A stretch of 64,000 bases of DNA from Gemmatimonadaceae bacterium (lineage in GTDB: Bacteria > Gemmatimonadota > Gemmatimonadetes > Gemmatimonadales > Gemmatimonadaceae), in contig DASWBG010000115.1 in the NCBI GenBank assembly GCA_036390715.1, positions 13,610 to 77,609 of the forward strand, read 5' to 3'. How positions within the stretch are numbered: the stretch's first letter is position 1; each line of letters opens with the position of its first letter. Shown here one piece after another: positions 1-10,055 of this stretch. The translations under genes were made by a program, and so were the position numbers. Below the pieces are notes generated by a model that was given only the letters and a program-made list of their open reading frames with translations, was not told the origin of the DNA and made no database searches.

Positions 1-1
1 C

Positions 2-1582
2 GCCCAGAACAAGCGTGCCGAGCATCTGCTTTTCACGAGTGACAAGGACTCGGAAGGGAGGCGCCGCGCTGTCGAGATCAACAACCTCCTGTTCACTTCG
101 CACCTCTCGAAGGCCGCAATGGGCGCGAAGGAATCGGCCGGATCGCGCGAGCTGAATCTGGTCGACCCCGATGAAGGGACCGATCTCCTGTTCGAGGTGC
201 TGACCCACCGTCTTGGGCCCGGAGACGGAGGCGAGACCGGATCGACAGTCTCAGTGCTGCGCGATGTGACGGATCTCCGCCGCGCCGCGAATGAGCTCGA
301 GCGCCAGGTGCAGCGGGTGCGGCTCGCCGAGATCGATGCGAAGCGCGAGCGTGACCGGCTCAATCTCATTCTCGAGAACGTGGCGGATCCGATCCTCGTC
401 ACGGACGACCGGTCGAACATCATCCTCATGAACAAGGAGGCCGAGCAGCTGTTCGAGGCCGACGACAGCCAGAGCTGGGATCGAGCAGCGACCGTCCAGG
501 CGAACGACACCAAGTTCACGACATTCATCTCGGATTTCACCATCAGCCCGTCCCTGGCTCGGCGCGAGCAGATGAAGCTCAACATCCCGGAGACGGGAGT
601 CGAGCTTCCGGTCGAAGTCGTCTCCGGAAAAATCCTCAATCGTCGGGGTGAGCCCCTCGCGATTGTGTCGGTTCTTCACGACCTCACCGAGCAGGCGGAG
701 AACGAGCGTCTGTACGAGGAGCTCAAGACGTTCTCGAGCCAGCTCGAGGAACGAATTCAGGCGGCGACCGCGGATCTCGCCGAGCAGAACACCCGGCTCC
801 AATGGCAGTCGCGTGAGCTGGAGAAGGCAAACCGGCTCAAGTCCGAATTTCTTGCGAGCATGTCGCACGAGCTGAGGACGCCAATCAACGCGCTCATTGG
901 CTACGCGTCGCTCATGCTGGACCGAATTTACGGCGACCTTACGCCAAGGCAGGAAGAGGGACTCAACCGCATCCAGGGCGCCGCACAGCACCTGCTGGCG
1001 CTGATCAACGACATTCTCGACCTCGCCAAGATCGAGGCCGGCCGCATGCCATTGCATCTCGACGACGTATCGCTGCGCGACATCATGACCGAGATCTCGC
1101 AGCAGATCGAGCCGATGGTGAAGAAGAAGCAGCTGACCTTGAACATCGAGCTGCCGGTGCAGGATCTCATGCTCCACACCGACAGAACGAAGGTCAAACA
1201 GATTCTCCTCAACCTCCTCTCGAATGCGGTGAAGTTCACTCACCACGGCGGCATCTGGGTGACGGTGTCGAGGGACGAGGAGGATCTGCGTTTCGATGTC
1301 CGTGACACGGGCATCGGAATCCGCGAAGTCGATCTCGAGTCCATTTGGGAGGACTTCAGGCAGGTGGACCAGTCGCGGACTCGCGAGTTCGGCGGTACCG
1401 GGCTCGGTCTGAGCATCACCCGGAAACTCGTGGACGCCCTGGGAGGGCACGTGTTCGCCGAGAGCACCTATGGAAAGGGCTCGACGTTTACGGTGGTCCT
1501 GCCGTTGAGGAGCGTGGTCCGGGCGGACGATCCGCCGCGGGTCGTCGACGAGGTCCCGCCTCCGCCTCCGGCCAGGCGTTGA
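2..1582 (+). CDS. PAS-domain sensor histidine kinase (5' truncated by the window)
   Basis: Frame is open back to position 2. PAS-like segments, H-box SHELRTP, N-box NLLSNAVKFT, DTGIGI and GGTGLGL motifs. Confidence 0.93.
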   Translation, partial: AQNKRAEHLLFTSDKDSEGRRRAVEINNLLFTSHLSKAAMGAKESAGSRELNLVDPDEGTDLLFEVLTHRLGPGDGGETGSTVSVLRDVTDLRRAANELERQVQRVRLAEIDAKRERDRLNLILENVADPILVTDDRSNIILMNKEAEQLFEADDSQSWDRAATVQANDTKFTTFISDFTISPSLARREQMKLNIPETGVELPVEVVSGKILNRRGEPLAIVSVLHDLTEQAENERLYEELKTFSSQLEERIQAATADLAEQNTRLQWQSRELEKANRLKSEFLASMSHELRTPINALIGYASLMLDRIYGDLTPRQEEGLNRIQGAAQHLLALINDILDLAKIEAGRMPLHLDDVSLRDIMTEISQQIEPMVKKKQLTLNIELPVQDLMLHTDRTKVKQILLNLLSNAVKFTHHGGIWVTVSRDEEDLRFDVRDTGIGIREVDLESIWEDFRQVDQSRTREFGGTGLGLSITRKLVDALGGHVFAESTYGKGSTFTVVLPLRSVVRADDPPRVVDEVPPPPPARR

Positions 1583-1636
1583 CGCTCGCCCTTTCTCGAG
1601 CCAGGCTTTTACACGCGCCCTACGTCCAGGCCGGCG

Positions 1637-1664
1637 TTGACACTCACCCTCTGAGAAGTAGATT
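1637..1664 (+). promoter_or_regulatory. Putative sigma70 promoter for purA
   Basis: TTGACA (1637-1642), 16-nt spacer, TAGATT (1659-1664). Confidence 0.55.
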
Positions 1665-1669
1665 GAACC

Positions 1670-1702
1670 AACGCCCCGAAGCTCTCGGGGCGTTTGCTTT
1701 TC
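1670..1702 (+). terminator. Terminator-like hairpin
   Basis: AACGCCCCGA-agctc-TCGGGGCGTT followed by TGCTTTT. Confidence 0.5.
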
Positions 1703-1724
1703 CCGTCCCCCCGCCGCGGATTGA

Positions 1725-3038
1725 ATGTTCGATTCAAATACACGCACAATCGTCGTCGTCGGCGCCCAATGGGGAGACGAGGGCAAGGGCAAGCTCGTTG
1801 ATGTTCTCGCGGAGCGCGCCGACTGGGTAGTTCGCTATCAGGGCGGCGCCAACGCCGGGCACACCGTCCAGATCGGGGACAAATCGTTCGTCCTCCATCA
1901 GATTCCGAGCGGAATTCTCCATGCTGGCGTGCGGTGCGCGATCGGCAACGGAGTCGTACTGGATGTCGAGACTCTTTTCTCGGAGATCGACGAGCTCGTT
2001 TCCGATGGTATCGACGTCGAGGGACGGCTCTACGTAAGCGACCGCGCTCATCTCGTGTTGCCCTACCACAAGCTGGTCGATAGTCAGAGCTCGGCCAGTA
2101 AGGAGATCGGAACTACAGGACGGGGAATCGGGCCGGCGTACGAGGACAAATTCGGCCGCCGCGGAATCCGCGTCCTGGATCTGCGGAATCCCGAGAGGCT
2201 GAGAAAACTGGTCGAGCGTGGAGTGGCGCACGCCAACATCCAGCTCTCGATGGCTGGGGCAAAGCGAGCAGACGTCGATTACACCCTGGGAGTCCTGGAT
2301 CGGTTCACGAAGCGGCTCCTTCCCCTGGCTGAGGATGTCGGTCTCAAGATTCATCGCGCGATCGTGGGCGGTGCCGCGGTGCTCCTCGAGGGTGCGCAGG
2401 GCTCCCTCCTCGACATCGATCACGGAACCTATCCGTACGTCACGTCCAGCAGCACGACGTCGGGCGGGGCCGCTACCGGAGTAGGAATCGCGCCAAGTGA
2501 ACTCGATTCGGTAATCGGTGTGGTGAAGGCGTACACCACGCGCGTTGGAAACGGGCCGCTGCCGACGGAGTTCGAAGAGCCGCTGGAGTCGGAGATTCGG
2601 AGGCTCGGAAATGAGTTTGGCGCGACCACTGGTCGGCCGCGCCGCTGCGGCTGGTTCGACGGCGTCGTCGTTCGCTATGCTGCTCGGGTCAACGGGCTCA
2701 CCGATCTCGCCGTCACGAAGCTCGATGTGCTCGACACTCTGGACCGGATCGGTCTCTGCACAGGATACGAAGCGGACGGCGAGGTCTACGAGGAATTTCC
2801 CGGCGATCTGGATGTACTCGGTCGCGCCGTGCCCCGGTACGAGTGGTTCGACGGCTGGAAGACGACTACGGCGGAAGCTCGAAGCCTTACTGATTTGCCG
2901 GCGCGGGCCCGTCGCTATCTCGACCGCATCCAATCGCTCGTCGAGACACAAATCACGTACGTGAGTGTAGGCACCCGGCGCGATCAGATAATCGGCGTGG
3001 AGGGCGCGCTTCCCGCGAGCCCTGTCGGCGTCGTCTGA
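1725..3038 (+). CDS. purA: Adenylosuccinate synthetase
   Basis: GAQWGDEGKGK, GGANAGHT, EGAQG, GATTGRPRRCGW motifs. Confidence 0.98.
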   Translation: MFDSNTRTIVVVGAQWGDEGKGKLVDVLAERADWVVRYQGGANAGHTVQIGDKSFVLHQIPSGILHAGVRCAIGNGVVLDVETLFSEIDELVSDGIDVEGRLYVSDRAHLVLPYHKLVDSQSSASKEIGTTGRGIGPAYEDKFGRRGIRVLDLRNPERLRKLVERGVAHANIQLSMAGAKRADVDYTLGVLDRFTKRLLPLAEDVGLKIHRAIVGGAAVLLEGAQGSLLDIDHGTYPYVTSSSTTSGGAATGVGIAPSELDSVIGVVKAYTTRVGNGPLPTEFEEPLESEIRRLGNEFGATTGRPRRCGWFDGVVVRYAARVNGLTDLAVTKLDVLDTLDRIGLCTGYEADGEVYEEFPGDLDVLGRAVPRYEWFDGWKTTTAEARSLTDLPARARRYLDRIQSLVETQITYVSVGTRRDQIIGVEGALPASPVGVV

Positions 3039-3054
3039 CCACCGAATAGATCCG

Positions 3055-4074
3055 ATGGCGAACGACGCGGACCTCGTGATCGTCGGTGGGGGTCCGTGCG
3101 GCCTCGCGGCGGCGGTCTCCGCACAACGCGCAGGGTTGCGCGCGCAGGTGATCGAAAGCGGGGTCGTTGTGAGCACGATCGCTGCGTACCCGATCTACGC
3201 CAGATTCTTTTCTACCGCTGAGAAGCTCTCGATCGGTGGACTGCCCTTCGTGATCGCCACCGAGAAGCCGACGCGACGGGATGCACTCGCGTACTACCGC
3301 GCTGTCGTCTCGTATTTCGGGATTCCGGTGCGCCAGCGTGAGCGCGTGACCGCGATCCAGGGATGGTCCGGGGAATTCACCGTGGTCTCGCGGACGGCCG
3401 GTGGAGAGGAGAGCAAGACCAGAGCTGGAGCGGTCGTTATCGCAACCGGATACTTCGGCTCACCCAATCGCATTGGGGTGCCGGGCGAAGACCTGCCACA
3501 CGTCACGCACGTCTATCACGAAGGACATGAAGCGTTTCAGCAGGATGTCGTGGTCGTTGGTGGCGGCAATTCCGCGGCGGAAGCGGCGCTGGATCTGTGG
3601 AGATCAGGCGCACGAGTGACGCTCGTTCATTTCGGCCCAACCTTCGACAAGAAAATCAAGCCGTGGGTGCTGCCAGATTTTACCAACCGTGTGAAGGAAG
3701 GCCAGATCGCCGTAAAATGGGACAGTCGCATCAAGTCGATCGAACCGGCCGACGTTGTGCTCACGACCGGTAAGCATGACGCCCGCCTGAGAGCGGATCG
3801 CGTTTACATCATGACAGGTTTTGCGCCGAGTCTCGACCTCCTGCGCGAAAGCGGGGTGCCGATAAATCCGAAGACCGGCATACCCGACCACGACCCCAAT
3901 ACTCTCGAAACACCGATTTCCGGGTTGTTCATCGCGGGAGTCGTCGTCGCCGGCTACGATGCGAACAAGGTGTTCATTGAAAACGGACGCTTTCATGGCG
4001 ACCGAATCGTTGCGCGCCTTCTCGGCCAGCGCGCTCCGACGGAGCCGAAGCTGAGCCCGGAACTGGATGCATAG
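3055..4074 (+). CDS. ypdA: YpdA-family FAD/NADPH oxidoreductase (putative bacillithiol disulfide reductase)
   Basis: GGGPCG FAD motif, FFST, GGGNSA, IKPW, C-terminal VFIENGRFHG. Confidence 0.85.
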   Translation: MANDADLVIVGGGPCGLAAAVSAQRAGLRAQVIESGVVVSTIAAYPIYARFFSTAEKLSIGGLPFVIATEKPTRRDALAYYRAVVSYFGIPVRQRERVTAIQGWSGEFTVVSRTAGGEESKTRAGAVVIATGYFGSPNRIGVPGEDLPHVTHVYHEGHEAFQQDVVVVGGGNSAAEAALDLWRSGARVTLVHFGPTFDKKIKPWVLPDFTNRVKEGQIAVKWDSRIKSIEPADVVLTTGKHDARLRADRVYIMTGFAPSLDLLRESGVPINPKTGIPDHDPNTLETPISGLFIAGVVVAGYDANKVFIENGRFHGDRIVARLLGQRAPTEPKLSPELDA

Positions 4075-4099
4075 CGCTCGGGGCGACTAGCTTTCCACG

Positions 4100-5449
4100 A
4101 TGCCCAACCACCCCGATGTAATGGAGAAGCTGGTTTCGCTCGCGAAGCGGCGCGGCTTCATCTTCCAATCCTCAGAGATCTACGGCGGCACCGGATCAGT
4201 GTGGGATTACGGTCCGCTTGGCGTCGAGCTCAAAAGGAACCTTAAGGATCGCTGGTGGCACGCGATGGTGCGCGCACGGAACGACATCGAGGGACTCGAT
4301 GCTGCGATCCTGATGCATCCGCGCGTCTGGGAAGCGAGTGGGCACGTTAGTGGATTCGTCGATCCACTCGTGGATTGCAAGAACTGCAAGAAGCGATTCC
4401 GCGCCGATGACCCCCGCATCAAGGGCACACCCGGGACTCCCGACGCGCAGTGCCCGGCGTGCGGGATGAAAGGAACGCTCAGCGAGGCCCGCCAGTTCAA
4501 CTTGATGTTCAGGACGTTCATGGGTCCCGTCGAGGACTCGGCGTCGATAGTCTATCTCCGGCCGGAGACGGCACAGGGCATCTACGTCAACTTTCTAAAC
4601 GTTCAACAGTCGACGCGACAGAAGATTCCGTTCGGAATCGCGCAGATCGGCAAAGCATTTCGCAACGAGATCACGCCCGGCAACTTCATTTTCCGCACGC
4701 GCGAGTTCGAGCAGATGGAGATGCAGTTCTTTGTCGAGCCCGGCACGGACATGAAGTGGTTCGAGTACTGGAAGGAGCAGCGGATGACCTGGCACCGCGG
4801 GCTTGGTCTGGCCGAAAACAGGCTGCAGTTCCACGAGCACACGAAAGATGAGCTGGCGCATTACGCCCGCGCGGCGTTCGATGTGCAATTCGATTTCGGG
4901 GGCACGCTCGGATTCCAGGAGATAGAAGGCGTGCACAACCGGGGCGACTTCGACCTGTCGCAGCACCAGCAATTCTCCGGGAAGAAGCTCGAGTACTTCG
5001 ATCAGCCCAACAACCGCCGCTACCTTCCGTACGTGGTGGAGACATCGGTCGGCGCTGACAGAACAGCTCTCGCGGTTCTTGTGAACGGATACCGCGAGGA
5101 GGCAGTCGAAGGAGAATCCGAAGGCAGAACCGTGTTGGGGCTGCACGCATCGATCGCGCCGATCAAGGCGGGTGTATTCCCACTCGTGAAAAAGGATGGA
5201 ATGCCGGAAATGGCGCATCGCATTGCCGACGACTTGAGAGAATCCTTCCCGGTCTTCTACGACGATAGCGGGGCGATCGGCCGGCGTTACCGCCGTCAGG
5301 ATGAGGTCGGGACTCCGTTCGGCATCACGATCGACGGCGAGTCACTCACGAATGCGACGGTGACGGTGCGCGACCGCGACACTCTCAAACAGGAGCGAGT
5401 GGAAGCCGGTCAGCTCAAAGAGTATCTCGCTCGCAATCTTGCGACGTGA
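4100..5449 (+). CDS. glyQS: Glycine--tRNA ligase (alpha2 type)
   Basis: [44 protein letters not shown]. Confidence 0.97.
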   Translation: MPNHPDVMEKLVSLAKRRGFIFQSSEIYGGTGSVWDYGPLGVELKRNLKDRWWHAMVRARNDIEGLDAAILMHPRVWEASGHVSGFVDPLVDCKNCKKRFRADDPRIKGTPGTPDAQCPACGMKGTLSEARQFNLMFRTFMGPVEDSASIVYLRPETAQGIYVNFLNVQQSTRQKIPFGIAQIGKAFRNEITPGNFIFRTREFEQMEMQFFVEPGTDMKWFEYWKEQRMTWHRGLGLAENRLQFHEHTKDELAHYARAAFDVQFDFGGTLGFQEIEGVHNRGDFDLSQHQQFSGKKLEYFDQPNNRRYLPYVVETSVGADRTALAVLVNGYREEAVEGESEGRTVLGLHASIAPIKAGVFPLVKKDGMPEMAHRIADDLRESFPVFYDDSGAIGRRYRRQDEVGTPFGITIDGESLTNATVTVRDRDTLKQERVEAGQLKEYLARNLAT

Positions 5450-6963
5450 GCTTCCTCGACCTTCAGCGCCTGCGAGCTGAAGGCCAGGCGTTCATGGAAA
5501 CGATCTCGCGCGAAAGCTATCTCGCGTACGCGGGACTCAAGAAGACCGCGGAGCTCCAACCAATCTACGAGAAGTACGGCGACATACTGGGCGAGGAAGC
5601 TCTCCACCTCACGCTCGATGCATTCCGTTCGGCGGCGGAAGATACCGACGACAGGAGATCCGCCCAGGCGCTACTCGAGTGGGAGATCGAGACGCAAGCC
5701 GCGAAGCCGCTCGCCGCGCTCGACGAGCGAGAGATCGAGTGGGAGAATTCTGCGATAATTCACTCACCGGATGGGCGCGTGATCCAGTATCAGGCCGCTC
5801 CCATCGAGATTGCCAACACGAGCGATCGGGCGCTGAGACTGGCGCTGGATCAGGCCAGAGCGAAGCTGGTGAAGGAAGAGCACGCGCCGATGCGGCTGGA
5901 GAGGCTGCAGCGCGAGAAGGAATACATCGAATCCCTCGGCATCGACGGGGACTACAACGCGTCGTTCGAGGCGGTCACCGGGATATCGCTCGATGCGCTG
6001 GCAACGAGCTGTGAACGATTTCTGCGCGATACCGAGTCGATGTGGGATGACACCCTCCCTCGGGTTCTGAAAAAGTCTCTCGGCATCAAGGCGTCGCAGG
6101 CCAAGCGTGCGGACGCTCTCGCTCTATTCCGGGCTTCGGAGTTCGACGATGCGTTTCCCGCCAACGAGATGGAAACGGTAATGCGGCGGCAGGTCTCGGA
6201 GATGGGAATCGACCCGACCGCCGACGGGCGGATCATCTTCGACGTCGGAGAGCGCGAAGGGAAGCGATCGCGCGCGTTCTGTTCTCCGGTTCGAGTCCCC
6301 GAGGAAGTCTACCTTGTGCTGCGGCCGCATGGCGGCCAGAGCGATTACAGCACTTTCCTGCACGAGCTGGGACACGCGCTGCACTATGGATACGCGAGCC
6401 CGGACTATCCGTTCGAGTTCAGATGGCTGGGAGACAACTCGGTCACCGAATCGTACGCGATGCTGTTCGATCACCGGATGCAGGACAGCGGCTGGCTGCT
6501 TCGCTACACCAGGCTTGGCAGCAACCGGGTCGGGAATTTTCTGCGCACCGCTGGCTTCGAGGAGCTGCATTTCCTGCGACGCTACTGCGCCAAACTTATT
6601 TACGAGCGCGCGCTCTACAGCGGCGAGGTGCGCTGGTCGGAGCTGCCCGATCTCTACGTGTCGCTGCTCAGCAAAGCGACGGGGTTCGAGTATGTCGCCG
6701 CCGACGCGTTCGTGGATGTCGATCCCCGATACTACTCGGCGCGATACCTGCGAGCGTGGCAGCTCCAGTCTGTTCTCAATGAGGAGCTGACGGCCCGCTT
6801 CGACGTGGACTGGTTCTGGAATCCGAGCGCGGGACCGTGGATGGTCGGCGAGTTGTTCGCGCAGGGTCAGCGCGACACTGCTGAAGAAATCGCGTCTCGC
6901 GTGGGCGCCGGCACGCTGTCATTCCAGCCGCTGATTCGCAAAATCGAATCGCTGCTCGCTTGA
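5446..6963 (+). CDS. M3-like zinc metallopeptidase
   Basis: [13 protein letters not shown] zinc motif, downstream TESYA. GTGA overlap with glyQS. Confidence 0.75.
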   Translation: MSFLDLQRLRAEGQAFMETISRESYLAYAGLKKTAELQPIYEKYGDILGEEALHLTLDAFRSAAEDTDDRRSAQALLEWEIETQAAKPLAALDEREIEWENSAIIHSPDGRVIQYQAAPIEIANTSDRALRLALDQARAKLVKEEHAPMRLERLQREKEYIESLGIDGDYNASFEAVTGISLDALATSCERFLRDTESMWDDTLPRVLKKSLGIKASQAKRADALALFRASEFDDAFPANEMETVMRRQVSEMGIDPTADGRIIFDVGEREGKRSRAFCSPVRVPEEVYLVLRPHGGQSDYSTFLHELGHALHYGYASPDYPFEFRWLGDNSVTESYAMLFDHRMQDSGWLLRYTRLGSNRVGNFLRTAGFEELHFLRRYCAKLIYERALYSGEVRWSELPDLYVSLLSKATGFEYVAADAFVDVDPRYYSARYLRAWQLQSVLNEELTARFDVDWFWNPSAGPWMVGELFAQGQRDTAEEIASRVGAGTLSFQPLIRKIESLLA

Positions 6964-7026
6964 CTCATCCGGCTTTCGCGAGAATCGCGCGCGGCATCTA
7001 GAGCGTGCCATCATGCATCTCTGCTT

Positions 7027-7089
7027 GGGTCGAGTCGGGGTATCCTCTTCGCGAGCGTAGCGCCGGAGAGGACCCCCTCCCGACTGACC
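7027..7089. repeat. REP-like palindrome between convergent genes
   Basis: Arms AGTCGGG..TCCTCTTC and GGAGAGGA..CCCGACT around GCGAGCGTAGCG; the GCGAGCGTAGC core recurs near 18457. Confidence 0.5.
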
Positions 7090-7119
7090 GGCGCTAAGAT
7101 CCAAAGAAAGCGCTGGCGA

Positions 7120-9234
7120 CTATCGGCCTTGCAGCTCGTCGGCGATGCGCGAGCCGTCGTACATCTTCCGCAATGCCTCGACGATCCCGCGCGAGTGCAC
7201 GCTGACGGTGCGACCCACGTCCGTCGAGAAAATGAATCGATTCGACACACCTTCGATGTTCGAGTCGAAGACGAGCCCCACGACTTCCGCGCTCTTGTTG
7301 ATCACAGGACTGCCCGAATTTCCCCCGATGATATCGTTGGTGGATACGAAGTTGTACGGAGTCGACAGATCCAGGTTGTTCTTGCGGTCCACCCAGCGCT
7401 GCGGAAGCTTGAACGGATCCTTGTCGTCGAACGCCGCCGACCGCTCGTATAGACCGTAGAACGTGGTCTTGTAGGGCGCAATGGTCCCGTTGCTCGGGAA
7501 CGACTTCACCACACCATCGCTGATCCTCAGAGTGAACGTCGCATCCGGAGGCAGCGCGGTGCCGTAGGCGGCGAACAACGCCTGACCGATCTTCTCACTG
7601 TTCGTGGCGATGATGGCGTTCAGTGCATTGGCCCTGGTGGTGACAGCCCGATTGAGCGGATCGACGGCGCGCACCCACGCAATCAACGGATCCGTCGAGG
7701 CGTTCACCGCCGACTCTCCGCCCTGGAGCAGCGACTGGCGGAACGCCAGATCCCCGACCTTGGTGTTCCGCACGAGGTCAGCAGCCACCGCATCCGGTGT
7801 ACGACCGCGCAGCGCGACCTGGAGGAACGGATCGTTTGCCGGGAGCTCGCTCTGCGCCGCGCGCAGCTGCGCCGCGATTGCGAGGCGTTCGAATGCAGTG
7901 TCTATCGGGATTGGCTGGGAGAGCTGCGCCTTGATGTTGTTGAGTCCGGCGCCGCGATACTGTGGAAGGCGCGCTGAATCCGGCTTGCCGCTTTCCGTCG
8001 CAACGCGTACCAGACCCGCGCCCAGTTGGAGGAGCGTCGACCCACCACCGAAGCCGCGATAGCGGAGCTGCGGATTGAACGTCGCCAGCTCGCGCTGAGC
8101 CTGCGCGATAGCATCCCAGGTACCGCCGTACTGCGCCTGAAGCTTGGGGTCCGCCGCGATTCGCGCACGGAACTCCCGCTCGAAAGCGCGTTTCTTGGAC
8201 ATGCTCAGAGTATCGAGCAGTCCGGCGCGGTACCCGGTCACCGCCTTCTGGGAGTTCGCCACGCCGAAGACATCGTTCTGGTACCGCCGAGCAGCCGAGG
8301 TGTCCGTGCGGGCAAGCTCGGCGTAAATGGCGAGCGCGCGCTTGTACGCCGCGAGTGACGCGGGATACCCGACGTCACGGAGGAATTCCATCTGGGCGAT
8401 GGTGTTGAGGCGCCCCGTGGAACCAGGGTTTCCGACGACGAACACCAGCTCGTTCTCGACGGCGCCACCTGCACTCCACTTGAGATAGTCAGGCGGACTG
8501 TACGGCTGTCCGTTCTCGTAAACGCGAAGCAGCGTCAGATCGAGATCGTACCGGGGATAGGTAAAGTTGTCCGGATCGCCACCGAAGAACGCGATGTCAC
8601 CCTCCGGCGCCATAACGAGCCTGAGGTCGCTGAAGCGGCGATAGCGGTAAAGCGAGTAAATGCCGCCCTGATAGAGCGAGACGACCTGGCAGTTAAGCTG
8701 CGTCTGCTGATTGCACTCGGTTTGTATCTGCGAGATTACCGCGGTGCGCTGCGCGGCCTGAGCGGCTGGAGTCGATCCCGTGATCGCGCTCCGGACCCTG
8801 TCGGTGACATTCTGAATCGATTGAAGCTGATCCACGTACAGGCCAGGGCATTTCTTCTCATCGGCGAGTGTTCGCGCCGCAAAGCCGGTCTGGATGTAGT
8901 TCGAGTCCGCTGGTGAGGCCGCCGCGGTGCAGTCGCGTCCACAGTGGTGATTGGTCATCACCAATCCCCGCGACGATACGAACGACGCCGAACAGTTTGG
9001 CAGGCGGACAGACGATAAGCGGACGTGGTCGAGCCATCGTTGATCTGGCGCAAAACCATAAGTTCGGCGCCAGTAGTCGAGCGGCGGCGCGTCGAAGGTC
9101 CACATCGTGCCGAACTCAGGTTTGTAGGTCGCCGGCGGAAGCCGGGTGGCGGCGCCCTGACCCGACGCCTGACCGGATACAACGATTGCGGAAGCGAGCG
9201 CCAGCGCACGCAGCACGGATCTACTCGTCAACAT
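7120..9234 (-). CDS. S46-family dipeptidyl peptidase with signal peptide
   Basis: GTMWTF, TNHHC, FGGDPDNF, DIIGGNSGSP. Start moved to ATG 9234, which begins a signal peptide. Confidence 0.93.
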   Translation of the reverse strand: MLTSRSVLRALALASAIVVSGQASGQGAATRLPPATYKPEFGTMWTFDAPPLDYWRRTYGFAPDQRWLDHVRLSSVRLPNCSASFVSSRGLVMTNHHCGRDCTAAASPADSNYIQTGFAARTLADEKKCPGLYVDQLQSIQNVTDRVRSAITGSTPAAQAAQRTAVISQIQTECNQQTQLNCQVVSLYQGGIYSLYRYRRFSDLRLVMAPEGDIAFFGGDPDNFTYPRYDLDLTLLRVYENGQPYSPPDYLKWSAGGAVENELVFVVGNPGSTGRLNTIAQMEFLRDVGYPASLAAYKRALAIYAELARTDTSAARRYQNDVFGVANSQKAVTGYRAGLLDTLSMSKKRAFEREFRARIAADPKLQAQYGGTWDAIAQAQRELATFNPQLRYRGFGGGSTLLQLGAGLVRVATESGKPDSARLPQYRGAGLNNIKAQLSQPIPIDTAFERLAIAAQLRAAQSELPANDPFLQVALRGRTPDAVAADLVRNTKVGDLAFRQSLLQGGESAVNASTDPLIAWVRAVDPLNRAVTTRANALNAIIATNSEKIGQALFAAYGTALPPDATFTLRISDGVVKSFPSNGTIAPYKTTFYGLYERSAAFDDKDPFKLPQRWVDRKNNLDLSTPYNFVSTNDIIGGNSGSPVINKSAEVVGLVFDSNIEGVSNRFIFSTDVGRTVSVHSRGIVEALRKMYDGSRIADELQGR

Positions 9235-9408
9235 TTTCGTCTGCCCTGTTCGTGAAGGTTTCGCGAACCGCGAGTTGCAAGATGCCGACCGCCGCGGTGG
9301 GTGTTGTCCAAGGTGAAATGGGTCGCTGCCCCGCAATGCGTTAGCTTGTAGCTCCTTCCCGCCCGGTCTAGATTGCACGCACCCACTCGAAACCCTCGAC
9401 CCGGCATA

Positions 9409-9714
9409 ATGTCACAGCATAATCGCACGCTCCAGGAAACAACGACCTCACACAGCCCCGCCGAAGTCCTCCGCTCGGCAAAGGATTTTTTTGCGCGGCA
9501 AACTGGCATCTATGCTGCCTTTCCAGAGCAGGAGTCGAATGCGCACGTGACACTGCGCGGACAGGGTGGAGAAGAGGTCGTGATCGCCGCAATTCCCGGC
9601 GCGGGGGAAACGAAGGTTACCGGCTCGACTTACCTCTTCGATCAACAGATCGCCCGCTTCTTCGCCACCCTCGCGCCTGTGCCCCTCGCCGTCGCGACCG
9701 AAGGCGGAGAATGA
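9409..9714 (+). CDS. Hypothetical protein (~101 aa, alpha/beta)
   Basis: Protein-like ORF with an ATGA overlap and GGAG RBS into the next gene. Confidence 0.75.
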   Translation: MSQHNRTLQETTTSHSPAEVLRSAKDFFARQTGIYAAFPEQESNAHVTLRGQGGEEVVIAAIPGAGETKVTGSTYLFDQQIARFFATLAPVPLAVATEGGE

Positions 9715-10043
9715 CCGCGCCCACACCGTTCGTGAGCGGCTTGAGAACCCGGGGCAAAGCGTACAAGCTCGGCTCCGGGTCCGGACCGGTGCTTCAGCTG
9801 AGAGCACAGGTTCTGGAGGCGTGGGACGCCATCCGCATCGATGCGGATCCATCGGCTTCCGTGAAGAGCCTCAAACACCTCGCATTGAAAGAGCTCTATC
9901 CCGACGTCAGGAATGACGACCAGTACGTCGTCAAATTGCACGGCTGGGAGATCCTGGACGAGGACGCCCCGATTTCATCCACCGAGGCGAAGAACGGATC
10001 GATCTTTCTCATCACCGACCGCCGTCGGCGACCGGTAGGGTAG
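9711..10043 (+). CDS. Ubiquitin-like (beta-grasp; YukD/EsaB-like) protein
   Basis: Aligns by eye to ubiquitin across all secondary-structure elements; ends RRRRPVG. Confidence 0.7.
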   Translation: MTAPTPFVSGLRTRGKAYKLGSGSGPVLQLRAQVLEAWDAIRIDADPSASVKSLKHLALKELYPDVRNDDQYVVKLHGWEILDEDAPISSTEAKNGSIFLITDRRRRPVG

Positions 10044-10055
10044 GCGTCCCGCGCA

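Noticed and set aside
251-1792. Long antisense ORFs (also 1734-3176, 16381-17472, 19028-20332, 41991-43316 and others)
   Set aside because: These are shadows of real genes caused by GC-rich codon bias; they carry no motifs.
6990-7012. TGGCACG sigma54-like site on the minus strand
   Set aside because: GG-to-GC spacing is wrong and no downstream gene is in that orientation.
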